Source: Abditibacteriaceae bacterium (GTDB taxonomy: Bacteria; Armatimonadota; Abditibacteriia; Abditibacteriales; Abditibacteriaceae). From it: a stretch of DNA of 64,000 nucleotides. The translations under genes were made by a program, and so were the position numbers. Position 1 is the first letter of the stretch, and each line of letters begins with the position of its first letter. A model generated the notes under the pieces. It was not told the DNA's origin. It saw nothing but the letters and a program-made list of their open reading frames with translations, and ran no database searches. This document shows positions 39,086 through 49,536 of this stretch, piece after piece. The DNA lies in assembly GCA_031425655.1 (NCBI GenBank), contig JANPJS010000034.1, positions 31,805 through 95,804 of the forward strand, written 5' to 3'.

Positions 39086-41695
39086 ATGCCGCGCGGCATT
39101 GCTTTCGTCGCGTTGACAGCGGTTCTGTGCGGCGCGCTGCCGTCATTCGCGCAGCGCCTTCAGCCGACGTTGCCGCGTGACCGGCGCGGCAATGAGCGGG
39201 CATCGCAGCCGGTTCCCGTGGCGCTGCCGTCGGTCAAACCGTTTGCCGGGCGCTACATAATGCTGATGTTGGCCGGTGTAAGCTGGGCCGATTGGGCAGC
39301 CATCAGTGGCGGCACGTTCGGCAGCACGCCGGGTTTGCGGCGTGTGCTGGACGAAGGCGATGTGGCCGCTCTGCGTCTCCCCGGCTCGCTAAAGCGCGAA
39401 ACGTGGGGCGAACCCTCCAACGGCAATAGCGACCTGCTGGCCGAGCGTTCCCGATTTGAGCGCAGCCGCATTTCGCCGCCTTTGCTGCGCGCCGCGGCCA
39501 CGCTGTCGAGCGGCGAGGCCATCGGCTGGCCCAACGCCGCAGCACCTTCGATTTCCCTCAGTGCGGCGGCGACTTTAGGCGTTGGCGAAACGTGGAGCGC
39601 CGCTACGCCGGGCTATGAAGAAGCTTCTCCGGCCTTAGCGTATGCGCGCCGCGTTGCCGGTTGGAAAACGCCCGGCGACGAGCCAAAACCGGGCACGATG
39701 GTCAACTTGGCCGGGTCGTTCTGGCACGGCGGCGAAAGCGCGCGTGAATCGAATTTGCCGCACTTTGGCGCGTTGGGCGATGCTTTGCGCCGCGCCGGTG
39801 GCCGCGCTGTGGCCTTCGGCTCGGCGGATACGAATTTGGTGGCCGCGCGCACGCTGCCTTTGCGCGAATGGGCCTTAGCAGCGTGCGACGGGCGCGGCGT
39901 AATCTCCTCCGGCGACGTTTCCCCCGCGCTTTTAGTCGGCGATGAAAGCGCTCCGTTCGGCGTTCGGCAGAACGGAGCGGCGCTGCTCAGCCACTTGCAA
40001 AGCGCGCTGTCCGATCCCGCAACCGGGCTGGTCACTATCGAATGGGGCGACACGCGCCGCGCCGCGCTTTATGCGCCGCTGTGCGCGCCCGGCGTGGCCC
40101 AATCGCACCAAAAGCAGGCTATCGAACGCGCCGATGCCTTTGTGCGCGGCGTCATGCGTTTGCTTCAGCCGACTGACCGGCTTTTCGTGCTGAGCGTGCC
40201 CGATATTGACAGCGCCCGCGTGCAGTGGATGCCGGCGGTTTACTGGCAGCCGTCCCTCGTTGGACGAGCCACAACGGGCGTCGGGCAGGTTACAACGGGC
40301 CGCTTTTTGATGGCCGGCGCCGAACACGAAGGTGTGGCGCCGCTCGAAAGCGTGTTTTCCAGCATCATGGCGCGCGTCGGCAGCACCGCCGATATGTTGC
40401 CGGCGAATCCGGCTCCGGCGCTTGGCCCTTCGGATACGCCGCCGGCGACGGCGAGTTACCGCGTCGGGCGTTTGTTGGCGTTGCAATCGGGCTGGGCGTG
40501 GTTGGACGCGGCCCGGCCCGTGGCGCACGGCATCTGGGCCGTCTTCTTTTTCGTTTCGATGGTGATTCTCGTGGTTTTGCTGTCGCACGCTCCGCCGGGC
40601 GGCGCTTTCGGCACCGTTTCGGAAACGCCGGTCGGACATCTGAGCAGCAGCCAAAATTGGGCGCGGGCGTGGTGGAGCGCGACGATGGTGTTGCCGCTGT
40701 TGATGTGGCTGGGCGGCCTATGTATTGAAGCGACGTGGCGTTTTGGCGCTTTGTCTGGTCTGGCCGGCGCGCCGACCGCGCAATCGAGTTGGCGATTGCC
40801 CATTGCGCTGGTGCTTATCGCCGGGATGATGGTCGGCTTGGCCGGGTTAGCGCGCACCTGGTTCGCACGGGCGCGCTTACGCGGCGTGCGCGTCGGTTTA
40901 ATCTACTTATTCCTGACAATCGTTGGCCTGTTCGTCGGCGGTTTTGCTTTGCCGTGGAATTCGCTGCTCGGCCAGACGGTGCCCGAAGGCGCGACGGCGC
41001 GGGCCGGCGACATTTGGGCGCTGCTGCTGATTTCCGCGACGCTGCTCGGCGTGGGCGGCATGGCGCAGCCCTCGCAGCGTTCGCTATCCGCCCGCACCGA
41101 ATACAAAAGCAACGATGAAAGGCCGCGCCGCATTCGCCGCGTTATCAATTTGCGGCCCGCCGCGCTGTGGATGGTCGCGGTTCTGCTGATTTTGTGGATG
41201 AGCAGTCTGGGCCGCAACAGCGGCGCGACTTTAGTGGCTCTCATCGCTTTCGGCACGCTTTGGCTGCGCTTATGGCTCGAACGCTCTCATCGCCCCGAAC
41301 GGTTGCGCAAGCGCCGTTGGGTGCTGTCTTTTGCGATTGCGTTTGGCTTTTTGCTGCTCTTGCCGCAAGGAATGCCCGCCATCGAAGACGCTTTGGCCGA
41401 TTGGTGGCCGCGCTGGCTGGAAACCTGGAAATTATGGTGGTGGAACCTCGCATTAGTGGCGACTTTGCTCGGTGCCGGCGCGTTTCTCACGACGGCGCGC
41501 ATCGCTTTGCGTAATTACTTGCGTGTGCGTTATGCCATGCGCGCCATGTTGGCCGGAGCGATGTTGGCGGCTGTGGCCGCGTTGGTGATTTTTGGCTCTT
41601 TCGGCCCGCCGCTGATTGCGCTTTATACGCTGGGAGCGGTGATTTTTCAGGTTTTAGGCGCGCCGCCCGCGACCGAGCGGCAAACGGAATCTTGA
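39086..41695 (+). CDS. Large membrane protein with an extracytoplasmic alkaline-phosphatase-superfamily-like domain and many C-terminal TM helices
   Basis: Signal peptide; GVSWAD, ATLSSG, GALGDAL, PFGVR, IEWGD..R, AIERAD; ORF is open from 38945, so start uncertain. Confidence 0.6.
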   Translation: MPRGIAFVALTAVLCGALPSFAQRLQPTLPRDRRGNERASQPVPVALPSVKPFAGRYIMLMLAGVSWADWAAISGGTFGSTPGLRRVLDEGDVAALRLPGSLKRETWGEPSNGNSDLLAERSRFERSRISPPLLRAAATLSSGEAIGWPNAAAPSISLSAAATLGVGETWSAATPGYEEASPALAYARRVAGWKTPGDEPKPGTMVNLAGSFWHGGESARESNLPHFGALGDALRRAGGRAVAFGSADTNLVAARTLPLREWALAACDGRGVISSGDVSPALLVGDESAPFGVRQNGAALLSHLQSALSDPATGLVTIEWGDTRRAALYAPLCAPGVAQSHQKQAIERADAFVRGVMRLLQPTDRLFVLSVPDIDSARVQWMPAVYWQPSLVGRATTGVGQVTTGRFLMAGAEHEGVAPLESVFSSIMARVGSTADMLPANPAPALGPSDTPPATASYRVGRLLALQSGWAWLDAARPVAHGIWAVFFFVSMVILVVLLSHAPPGGAFGTVSETPVGHLSSSQNWARAWWSATMVLPLLMWLGGLCIEATWRFGALSGLAGAPTAQSSWRLPIALVLIAGMMVGLAGLARTWFARARLRGVRVGLIYLFLTIVGLFVGGFALPWNSLLGQTVPEGATARAGDIWALLLISATLLGVGGMAQPSQRSLSARTEYKSNDERPRRIRRVINLRPAALWMVAVLLILWMSSLGRNSGATLVALIAFGTLWLRLWLERSHRPERLRKRRWVLSFAIAFGFLLLLPQGMPAIEDALADWWPRWLETWKLWWWNLALVATLLGAGAFLTTARIALRNYLRVRYAMRAMLAGAMLAAVAALVIFGSFGPPLIALYTLGAVIFQVLGAPPATERQTES

Positions 41696-41719
41696 TTTTG
41701 ACGAAGTAGGAGATTCTCG

Positions 41720-42331
41720 ATGAAAGCGTTAGTGATTGTGGATGTGCAGAACGATTTTTGTCCCGGCGGCGCCTTAGCGGTCGCTGATGGCGACTTGGTG
41801 GTGCCGATTATCAATCGCGTGCAAGCTCATTTCGATTTGGTCGTAGCGACACAGGACTGGCATCCCGCCGACCACGCCAGTTTCGCGCCCAATCATGCCG
41901 GGCGCCAAGTCGGCGACATTATCGCGCTGAATGGCCATGCGCAGGTTCTCTGGCCCGCCCACTGCGTTCAAGGCACGCCGGGCGCCGAGCTGCGCGCCGA
42001 TTTGCATGACTCGCGCATTACGCAGATTTTCCAAAAAGGCACCGACCGCGAAGTGGATTCTTACAGCGGCTTTTTCGATAACGATCACAAAACCGCGACA
42101 GGCCTCGGCCATTTTCTGCGCGAGGCCGGCGCCGGCGAAATCTTCGTGTGCGGCTTAGCTACCGATTACTGTGTAAAGTTCACGGCGTTGGATGCACGCA
42201 CGCTTAGCTTCGACACCACGCTGATTTTAGACGCTTGTCGCGGCGTAAATTTGCACGCCGACGACACCGAAAAAGCCGTAACCGAAATGCGCGCTGCCGG
42301 CGTGCGCGTGATTACCAGCGACGATATTTAA
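41720..42331 (+). CDS. pncA: Nicotinamidase/pyrazinamidase
   Basis: VDVQNDFCPGGALAV, TQDWHP..H.SF, WPAHCVQ, DSYSGF, GLATDYCV. Confidence 0.96.
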   Translation: MKALVIVDVQNDFCPGGALAVADGDLVVPIINRVQAHFDLVVATQDWHPADHASFAPNHAGRQVGDIIALNGHAQVLWPAHCVQGTPGAELRADLHDSRITQIFQKGTDREVDSYSGFFDNDHKTATGLGHFLREAGAGEIFVCGLATDYCVKFTALDARTLSFDTTLILDACRGVNLHADDTEKAVTEMRAAGVRVITSDDI

Positions 42332-42344
42332 GCCTTAGTTTTTC

Positions 42345-42466
42345 AATTGGAACACGGCGGCTTCGCCGACACGGAAACGACACGGATTTTCACGGTTCAA
42401 TCAAAACAAAAAATCCGTGTAAATCTGCGGTCGTTTCCGTGTCGGCGAAGCCGCCGTGTTCCAATT
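42345..42466. repeat. Family A palindrome with 37-bp perfect arms
   Basis: AATTGGAACACGGCGGCTTCGCCGACACGGAAACGAC and its reverse complement. Confidence 0.92.
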
Positions 42467-42492
42467 AAAAGCTATTCTCCAAATTAAAAGCT

Positions 42493-43980
42493 ATGAACAC
42501 GCTTCGCCAAATCTATCGCCCTTCGCTGGCTCTGCTCACCGATTTGTATCAACTGACGATGGCTTACGGCTACTGGAAATCGGGAATTGCCGAAAAAGAA
42601 GCCGTTTTTCATTTGTATTTTCGCAAAGCTCCGTTCAACAGCGGTTTTACGCTCGCTTGCGGGTTGGATTACGTCGTGCAATTTTTGCAAGACCTGCGCT
42701 TCGACGCCCCCGCGTGCGAATATCTGGCTTCGCTGACAGGAGAAGACGGTGCGCCGCTTTTCGAGCGCGGATTTCTCGATCATCTGGCCCGACTGGAATT
42801 TTCGTGCGATGTGGACGCGGTGCCCGAAGGCACGCCGGTTTTTCCGTATGAGCCGCTGATTCGCGTGTCAGGGCCGGTTTTGCAGGCGCAAATCATCGAA
42901 ACGCTGCTGCTGACCATTATCAACTATCAAACGCTGATTGCCACCAAGTCGGCGCGCATTTGCATGGCGGCGCGTGGCGAGCCGGTGCTGGAATTCGGCG
43001 CGCGGCGCGCTCAGGGCATTGACGGCGCGCTCACGGCCAGCCGCGCGGCCTATGTCGGAGGCTGCGCGGCGACCTCAAACGTCTTAGCCGGGCAGATTTT
43101 CGGCATTCCCGTGCGCGGAACGCACGCGCACAGTTGGGTCATGATGTTCGATAGCGAACTGGAAGCGTTTCAAACTTACGCCGAAGCGATGCCCAATAAC
43201 TGCGTGTTTCTCGTAGACACTTACGACACGTTGGACGGCGTGCGCCACGCTGTGGAAGTTGGAAATTGGCTGCGCGAGCGCGGGCACAAGTTACAGGGCA
43301 TTCGCCTCGATTCCGGCGATTTGGCGTGGCTGTCCATCGAGGCGCGGCGCATTTTGGACGAAGGCGGCTTTCCCGAAGCGACTATCGTGGCCAGCAACGA
43401 TTTGGACGAATATATCATTCGTTCGCTGAAAGAGCAGGGCGCGAAAATCAACGTGTGGGGCGTGGGAACGAGGTTGGCGACGGCCTACGATCAGCCGGCT
43501 TTGGGCGGGGTTTACAAATTATCGGCGGTGCGCGAAGCGGGCGGCGCGTGGCAGCCGCGCATCAAGGTGTCCGAGCAAACCGTGAAGATTTCCAATCCCG
43601 GCATCTTGCAGGTGCGGCGTTTTCGCAATCTTTCGAACGCGGATGAATTTTTCGCCGACGCCATTTTCGACAGCGAAAATCCGCCAAGCGCAAACTGCAC
43701 CATTATTGACGCGGCGGATGCCATGCTGCGTTGGAATATCAACCCACAAGCGAAATGGGACGATTTGTTGGTGCCGATTTTTCGCGCCGGAAAGTGCGTT
43801 TATCAATCGCCCTCGTTAGCCGAGATTCGCAGCTTCGCGGGCGAGCAAGTGACGAGGCTGGCGGCGGGAACCAAACGCTTTGAAAACCCGCATCGCTATC
43901 CTGTGGGATTGGAAGAATCGCTGCACGCCCGCAAAGCGGCGATGGTGTTGGCTGTGCGCACGAATGCGACGGTAAACTAA
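42493..43980 (+). CDS. pncB: Nicotinate phosphoribosyltransferase
   Basis: [52 protein letters not shown]. Confidence 0.97.
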   Translation: MNTLRQIYRPSLALLTDLYQLTMAYGYWKSGIAEKEAVFHLYFRKAPFNSGFTLACGLDYVVQFLQDLRFDAPACEYLASLTGEDGAPLFERGFLDHLARLEFSCDVDAVPEGTPVFPYEPLIRVSGPVLQAQIIETLLLTIINYQTLIATKSARICMAARGEPVLEFGARRAQGIDGALTASRAAYVGGCAATSNVLAGQIFGIPVRGTHAHSWVMMFDSELEAFQTYAEAMPNNCVFLVDTYDTLDGVRHAVEVGNWLRERGHKLQGIRLDSGDLAWLSIEARRILDEGGFPEATIVASNDLDEYIIRSLKEQGAKINVWGVGTRLATAYDQPALGGVYKLSAVREAGGAWQPRIKVSEQTVKISNPGILQVRRFRNLSNADEFFADAIFDSENPPSANCTIIDAADAMLRWNINPQAKWDDLLVPIFRAGKCVYQSPSLAEIRSFAGEQVTRLAAGTKRFENPHRYPVGLEESLHARKAAMVLAVRTNATVN

Positions 43981-44211
43981 GGCCGCAATCCCGTTTTTTG
44001 AGCGTGAGCGCGCTTGCGGTAAACTGCCGATTGCTTTATGATAAGTGCATCTCAGGCGAGCCGTTATTCAAGGCAAAATGCCTGAGTCGCCGTGTGATTT
44101 ATCCCCGCTGCAAGCTAAAAGAAATTGTTTAATGTGCGTCGTTAAGACAGTCGAAATTCAATGAGCGGCTGACGAGTGCTGAGGCGCTCGAAGCGTAATC
44201 TGGAGGAAACG

Positions 44212-46293
44212 ATGTCCTTACTATCCCGATTGGATCGTGTGCGCGGCAAAGACGCCTCGCTGGATGAAACCGAAGGGGCCGAAGGCGCCCCGGAGCAAGC
44301 TGAGGGTGCCGAATCCTCCGGCAGTCCCGACGGAGCGATGCGTCCGTTACCATCGCCGCAATCGTCGCAGCAGACAATGGCGGTTATTCATGGCATAGAC
44401 AGCACCGATGGCGTGAGCAATTCGGACGACGAAATGCGCCGCTATTATCGCCATAAGCACATGATTTGGAACGAGGCTTTGGGCGCCGTAGATCAGCGCC
44501 TCTGGCAGCAGCCTCAGCGCGAATTGCTGCGTAATATCTTAGAAAAATCGGTTGATAAAGCGATCCAAAATGCCAGCCTGACCATCACGCGCCACGAGCG
44601 CACCTGGCTGGTCAATCAGTTCGTCGGCGAAGTGGCCGATTTCGGCCCTCTGACCGACTTTTTAGAAGACCCTTCCGTCACGAAAATCATGGTGGAAGGC
44701 ACGCAGGATATTGTTGTTGACCGGTTGGGCCAGAACGAAACCACGCCGGTTTCGTTCCGCGACAACGATCACTTGCTGGGCTTGATTCATCGCGTCGCGG
44801 GCATCGTGGGCAGCCGCCTCGATCCCAAAGTGCCGCTGCTCGACCGTCCTTTGCCCGACGGCGGACGTGTGCGTGCCAAAGTGCCGCCGCTTTCGCCGCA
44901 TCCTTCGCTTTCGATTGAAAAAACCACCAGCAACCCGTTCGAGGCCTTGCGCCGCGCTCAAAACGAGCAAACCCGCACCTCAGATGCTGCGCCTTACGGC
45001 CAGTTGCGCGAACGCATTCAGCAGCGTTTGATTCAGGAACTTGACCGCAGCGTGATGGCCTCGGCCAACCCGGATTCGATGCGCGGCCAAGTCGAAGAGA
45101 TGATCAATCAGGTCATTCAGGAAGAGCGCATCGCGATGTCGCGCTCCGAACGCGCCTCGCTCGTGGTCGAATTACTGCATGAAATCGTTGGACTTGGCCC
45201 CTTGGAGCCTCTCCTCAACGATCCCGAAGTGGACGAAATCATGGTTAACAGCCCGACGCAAATTTACGTTGAGCGCCACGGCAAACTGACCATGACCAAT
45301 CAGCGTTTTCGTGACGCGCAACACGTCATGCAAATCGTGGAGCGCATCATCGCACCGCTTGGTCGTCGCGTAGACGAGAAATCGCCTTACGTGGATGGCC
45401 GCCTGCGTGATGGCTCGCGTTTTCACGCCATTATTCCACCACTGGCGCTGGGCGGCCCAACGCTGACCATTCGCAAATTCGCCAAAGACCCGTTCACGAT
45501 GACCGACCTCATCAATTTCGGGACGATCACACGCGAGGCTGCGCAGTTTTTGCAGGCGGCAGTCGAAGCGCGATTGAATATCGTTGTTTCGGGCGGAACG
45601 GGTTCGGGCAAAACCACCACGCTGAACGTGCTGTCGTCGTTCATTCCATCCAACGAGCGCATCGTGACTATCGAAGACGCGGCGGAATTGCAACTGCGTC
45701 AGGATCACGTTGTGCGACTGGAAACCCGTCCGCCCAACATCGAAGGCGCGGGCGAAGTCACGATCCGCGACTTAGTGCGTAACTCGCTGCGTATGCGCCC
45801 CGACCGCATCGTGGTCGGCGAATGTCGCGGCGCCGAAGCTCTCGATATGCTTCAAGCCATGAACACGGGCCATGACGGTTCGTTAACCACGGGACACTCC
45901 AATTCGCCGCGCGACATGATTAAGCGCTTGGAAACTATGGTGATGATGGCCGGCTTCGATTTGCCGGTGCGCGCCATCCGCGAGCAAATCGGTATGGCGG
46001 TTGACGTGATCGTCCATCAATCGCGCATGAGAGACGGCACCCGCAAAATCACCGGCATTACGGAATTGGCCGGCATGGAAGGCGATGTCATCACGACGCA
46101 GGACATCTTTCTGTTCGAGCAGGATTACGTAGACGACGCCGGCAAAATTCACGGAAAATTGCAGCCGACAGGCCTTCATCCCAAGTGCTACAATGCCATT
46201 TTGCACGCGAACGTCAAACTGCCGTCCGAAGTTTTCGTGCCGCGCACCATTGATCCCGCCACTCCCAAAGCCCGCATCATGGGAGGCCGTTAA
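44212..46293 (+). CDS. cpaF: CpaF/TadA pilus assembly ATPase with duplicated N-terminal domains
   Basis: [49 protein letters not shown]. Confidence 0.93.
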   Translation: MSLLSRLDRVRGKDASLDETEGAEGAPEQAEGAESSGSPDGAMRPLPSPQSSQQTMAVIHGIDSTDGVSNSDDEMRRYYRHKHMIWNEALGAVDQRLWQQPQRELLRNILEKSVDKAIQNASLTITRHERTWLVNQFVGEVADFGPLTDFLEDPSVTKIMVEGTQDIVVDRLGQNETTPVSFRDNDHLLGLIHRVAGIVGSRLDPKVPLLDRPLPDGGRVRAKVPPLSPHPSLSIEKTTSNPFEALRRAQNEQTRTSDAAPYGQLRERIQQRLIQELDRSVMASANPDSMRGQVEEMINQVIQEERIAMSRSERASLVVELLHEIVGLGPLEPLLNDPEVDEIMVNSPTQIYVERHGKLTMTNQRFRDAQHVMQIVERIIAPLGRRVDEKSPYVDGRLRDGSRFHAIIPPLALGGPTLTIRKFAKDPFTMTDLINFGTITREAAQFLQAAVEARLNIVVSGGTGSGKTTTLNVLSSFIPSNERIVTIEDAAELQLRQDHVVRLETRPPNIEGAGEVTIRDLVRNSLRMRPDRIVVGECRGAEALDMLQAMNTGHDGSLTTGHSNSPRDMIKRLETMVMMAGFDLPVRAIREQIGMAVDVIVHQSRMRDGTRKITGITELAGMEGDVITTQDIFLFEQDYVDDAGKIHGKLQPTGLHPKCYNAILHANVKLPSEVFVPRTIDPATPKARIMGGR

Positions 46294-46320
46294 CTTCGTA
46301 AATCAAAGCGACCACCGACC

Positions 46321-47364
46321 ATGAACATTCCCTATTATCTCATCGGCGTGGCCTTCTTCATCGGCGTCGTCACGTTTCTCATCGGCCTGCGTCAGGGGCC
46401 GCAGGAAGCGCCTGAAACCGCGGCTGAGAAACTGTCGCGTGTGCGCGCCCGCAAGGATGAAATCTCACCCGACGCGGCCAAAGCCAAAATCGAGCGCGAA
46501 CTCGACCGCGAGTTTGCCAAGCGCGAAGAAGCGCGCGTTAAGCAGCAGCGCCGCGAAACCTATGTGCCTTCGATGAGCAAATTCGTGATGGCGTTTCGTC
46601 CCATTCACCTTCTCGAAGAAGAGCTTTTGCAAGCACGCTCACCCTGGCGCGCCTCCGAATTGCTGGTCGCCAGCGTTTTTGCGGCTGCCGTCACGTTGAT
46701 CATTCTGCTCTGGATGGAGTTGCCGTTTTTGATCGCGCTTCCTTTGTCCCTGCTGTGGTTGATTGGCCCGTGGGTAGCCGTGCGCGTGATGAAAGCCACT
46801 TATGCGCGGCGTTTTGAAGTGCAATTGGCCGATACATTGATGATGATGGCCAACGGACTGCGCGCCGGCTTTTCGTTTTTGCAGACGATGGAAATGGTCA
46901 GCCGCGAATCGCAGCCGCCCATCTCCGACGAATTTCAGCGCATGACGCAGGAAATCGCCGTCGGTGTGCCGGTTAATCAAGCGTTGGAAAATATGGCGGC
47001 GCGTGTCAAAAGCAGCGACCTTGATTTGGTGGTGACGGCAGTTTTGATTCAACGCGAAGTCGGCAGTAGTTTGGCCGAAGTTTTGGAAATAATCGCCGGC
47101 GTCATCGGCGAACGCTTGCGCATTCGCGGCGAGATTCGCACCCTGACGGCGCAGGGCCGTTTGACCGGCATGGTGCTCGGTTTTCTGCCGTTGTCGCTCG
47201 GTTTGGTGCTGCACCTTGTCGGTCGGGTTATGACGCCCCATGAACCGTCATTTGTGTATCCTTTGATCTCGACTGATGCGGGTCGAACCATGTTGGTTAT
47301 CGGCCTGGTGATGCAAGTTATCGGTTTCGCGATTATCATGAAAATCGTGGCTATTAAAGTTTAA
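46321..47364 (+). CDS. tadB: Tad pilus inner-membrane protein TadB
   Basis: F..QL.D.L.MMAN.LRAG.SF.Q, IQREVG..LAEVL, IRTLTAQGR. Confidence 0.9.
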   Translation: MNIPYYLIGVAFFIGVVTFLIGLRQGPQEAPETAAEKLSRVRARKDEISPDAAKAKIERELDREFAKREEARVKQQRRETYVPSMSKFVMAFRPIHLLEEELLQARSPWRASELLVASVFAAAVTLIILLWMELPFLIALPLSLLWLIGPWVAVRVMKATYARRFEVQLADTLMMMANGLRAGFSFLQTMEMVSRESQPPISDEFQRMTQEIAVGVPVNQALENMAARVKSSDLDLVVTAVLIQREVGSSLAEVLEIIAGVIGERLRIRGEIRTLTAQGRLTGMVLGFLPLSLGLVLHLVGRVMTPHEPSFVYPLISTDAGRTMLVIGLVMQVIGFAIIMKIVAIKV

Positions 47365-47413
47365 GTGCGGCCCTGCCGCACGAAGTTGGCGCGCAACAAA
47401 AGGAATTTAAGCC

Positions 47414-48331
47414 ATGTTCGGCTCTCCAAATCGCTCACAGGAACGGGTCGCGCGCCTTGCACAAGGCGATGCGCGACGTGTCAAAGCTCAGGAATTCGAT
47501 CCTCTGGAACGCGTCACCGCCGATGCGCGGCGTCCGCGCCGTTTTCAGGGATCATTTTTTCGCCGCATCATCTGGCCGGCGGTCGAACGTCTGGCATCGC
47601 CGGGCAGCGCTCTGGTCAAAAACGTCAATTTCGAGGACGTGCGCTTTCGTCTGATGCGCGCGGGGTTTCCCAGCGGATTAACCGCTCAGAGCTTCGTTGC
47701 CCTGCGCATTCTTCTGGTGATCGCGTTAGCCTTCGTTTTCGTGGTGCTTTTGCCGGTCTTTAACGAAATCTTCGGCCTCGGTTGGTCGTGGCTGACGGCC
47801 CCGGTGTTTATGGCTGTGGGAGCCATTTACGGCTATATCATCCCGGATTTCTGGCTCAATATGGTGACGCGGCGGCGACAAGCGGAAATTCAGTTGGTGC
47901 TGCCCGACATGATTGACCTGATTACGGTTTCGGTCGAAGCCGGCCTCAGTCTTTACGGCGCGATTCAGCGCATTTCCAACCGCTTTCAAAACCCGCTCAG
48001 CGAGGAATTTTTGCGCGCCATGCAGGAAGTGAGACTGGGCCGCACCAACATTGACGCCATGCGCGACATGGCACGTCGTGTGGACGTGCCCGACCTGACG
48101 ACACTGATTTCCGCGATTGTGCAGGCCGATATGCTTGGTCTGGCCATAGCCAACGTGCTGCGCGTGCAAAGCGAGCGACTGCGCGAAAAACGCAGCCAGC
48201 GCGCCCGCGAAGCCGCGCAAAAAGCGCCGATCAAAATGGTGTTTCCTCTGGTGTTTTTCATTTTTCCTGCGTTGTTTATCGTCATTCTCGGCCCGGCTTT
48301 CCTGAGTTTTATCAAGCAAGGCGCTTTCTAA
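47414..48331 (+). CDS. tadC: Tad pilus inner-membrane protein TadC
   Basis: LPD.IDL..VSVEAGL, LRVQS..LR.KR..RA.E.AQKAPIKM.FPL..FIFP. Confidence 0.92.
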   Translation: MFGSPNRSQERVARLAQGDARRVKAQEFDPLERVTADARRPRRFQGSFFRRIIWPAVERLASPGSALVKNVNFEDVRFRLMRAGFPSGLTAQSFVALRILLVIALAFVFVVLLPVFNEIFGLGWSWLTAPVFMAVGAIYGYIIPDFWLNMVTRRRQAEIQLVLPDMIDLITVSVEAGLSLYGAIQRISNRFQNPLSEEFLRAMQEVRLGRTNIDAMRDMARRVDVPDLTTLISAIVQADMLGLAIANVLRVQSERLREKRSQRAREAAQKAPIKMVFPLVFFIFPALFIVILGPAFLSFIKQGAF

Positions 48332-48363
48332 AAGCAATTCGTCAAAGCCTCAAACCGAAGATT

Positions 48364-48486
48364 TTTCAATAGGACGCGGAGCTTCGCTTCGCGGATTTCA
48401 TGCGCGGATTTTTGCGGATTTTTTTTCTGGAAAACCGCGAAAATCAAAGCCGTTTCCGCGTAGCGAAGCTCCGCGTCCTATTGAAA
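48364..48486. repeat. Family A-variant palindrome (CGCGG units)
   Basis: TTTCAATAGGACGCGGAGCTTCGCT / AGCGAAGCTCCGCGTCCTATTGAAA, 25 bp perfect. Confidence 0.9.
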
Positions 48487-48600
48487 GCGGCTCAACTCAG
48501 GATTGATAGCTATTCTCAGACAGCTTCTAAAAGCAATTCCGAAAATTCATCGAAATCCGAAACGGCGCGGCTTGAAAAGCTGCGCCGTTTTTTGGTGTTT

Positions 48601-49536
48601 TCAGCGAGGCACTTCTACTTTTTCGAGAGCTTCTTCGATAATCGTTTCGTTGCGGGCGCCGGCATATTTGGCTTTGGTGTCCAATGCCAAACGATGCGCC
48701 AAAACCGGCGCCGCTAAAACCTGCACGTCTTCGGGCAGCACGAAGTCGCGGCCCAGCATTGTCGCGCGGGCTTGGGCCGTGCGATGCAGCGCGAGGGAGC
48801 CGCGCGGCGAGATTCCCAGCTTTAAGCGCGTATCGCGGCGCGTGTGTTCCACGATGCGCACGATATATTCCACGATGGCGCGCTCGCAATGCACAGCGCG
48901 CACTTCGCGTTGCAACTGCAAAATGCGTTCGCACGAAACTACGGGCTTCAATTCCTCAAATGGATGCTGCGCGTTCTGGCTGAAGATGACCTCGACTTCG
49001 TGCAGGGCATCGGGATAGCCGAGGGCGATGCGCATCGTAAAGCGGTCGAGTTGGGCTTCGGGCAGCGGATAAGTGCCGTGAAATTCAATTGGGTTTTGCG
49101 TGGCAATCACGAAAAACGGCTGCGGCAAAGGGCGCAGCAAGCCTTCGTTGGTCACCTGATTTTCGCTCATCACTTCGAGCAGGGCGCTTTGCGTGCGCGG
49201 CGAAGTGCGGTTAATTTCGTCGGCCAAAAGCACGTTGGTGAAAACCGGGCCGGGTCGAAACTCAAAGGTGCCGTCCTGCGGGCGATAATAGCTGCTTCCT
49301 GTAATGTCGGCGGGCAACAAATCGGGCGTGAATTGCACGCGGCGAAAGGTGCCGTCAATCGAGCGCGCGAGGGATTTGGCCAGCGTGGTTTTGCCGGTTC
49401 CGGGCACGTCTTCGAGCAGCGTGTGGCCGCCCGCCAACATCGAAATCAGCAGCAAACGGATGCTTTCATCCTTGCCGCGAATCACGGTTTGCAGATTGAC
49501 GGCAAGGTTTTCAATAGTAGTAGCGAATTCGCTCAT
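48601..49536 (-). CDS. moxR: MoxR-family AAA+ ATPase
   Basis: LLEDVPGTGKT, R.QFTPDLLPAD, LADEINR.SPRTQSALLE, ATQNP, PLPEAQLDRF. Confidence 0.95.
   Translation of the reverse strand: MSEFATTIENLAVNLQTVIRGKDESIRLLLISMLAGGHTLLEDVPGTGKTTLAKSLARSIDGTFRRVQFTPDLLPADITGSSYYRPQDGTFEFRPGPVFTNVLLADEINRTSPRTQSALLEVMSENQVTNEGLLRPLPQPFFVIATQNPIEFHGTYPLPEAQLDRFTMRIALGYPDALHEVEVIFSQNAQHPFEELKPVVSCERILQLQREVRAVHCERAIVEYIVRIVEHTRRDTRLKLGISPRGSLALHRTAQARATMLGRDFVLPEDVQVLAAPVLAHRLALDTKAKYAGARNETIIEEALEKVEVPR

Noticed and set aside
44051..44087. CTCAGGC...GCCTGAG hairpin upstream of cpaF as a riboswitch
   Set aside because: Short stem only; no match to an RNA family I can recognise
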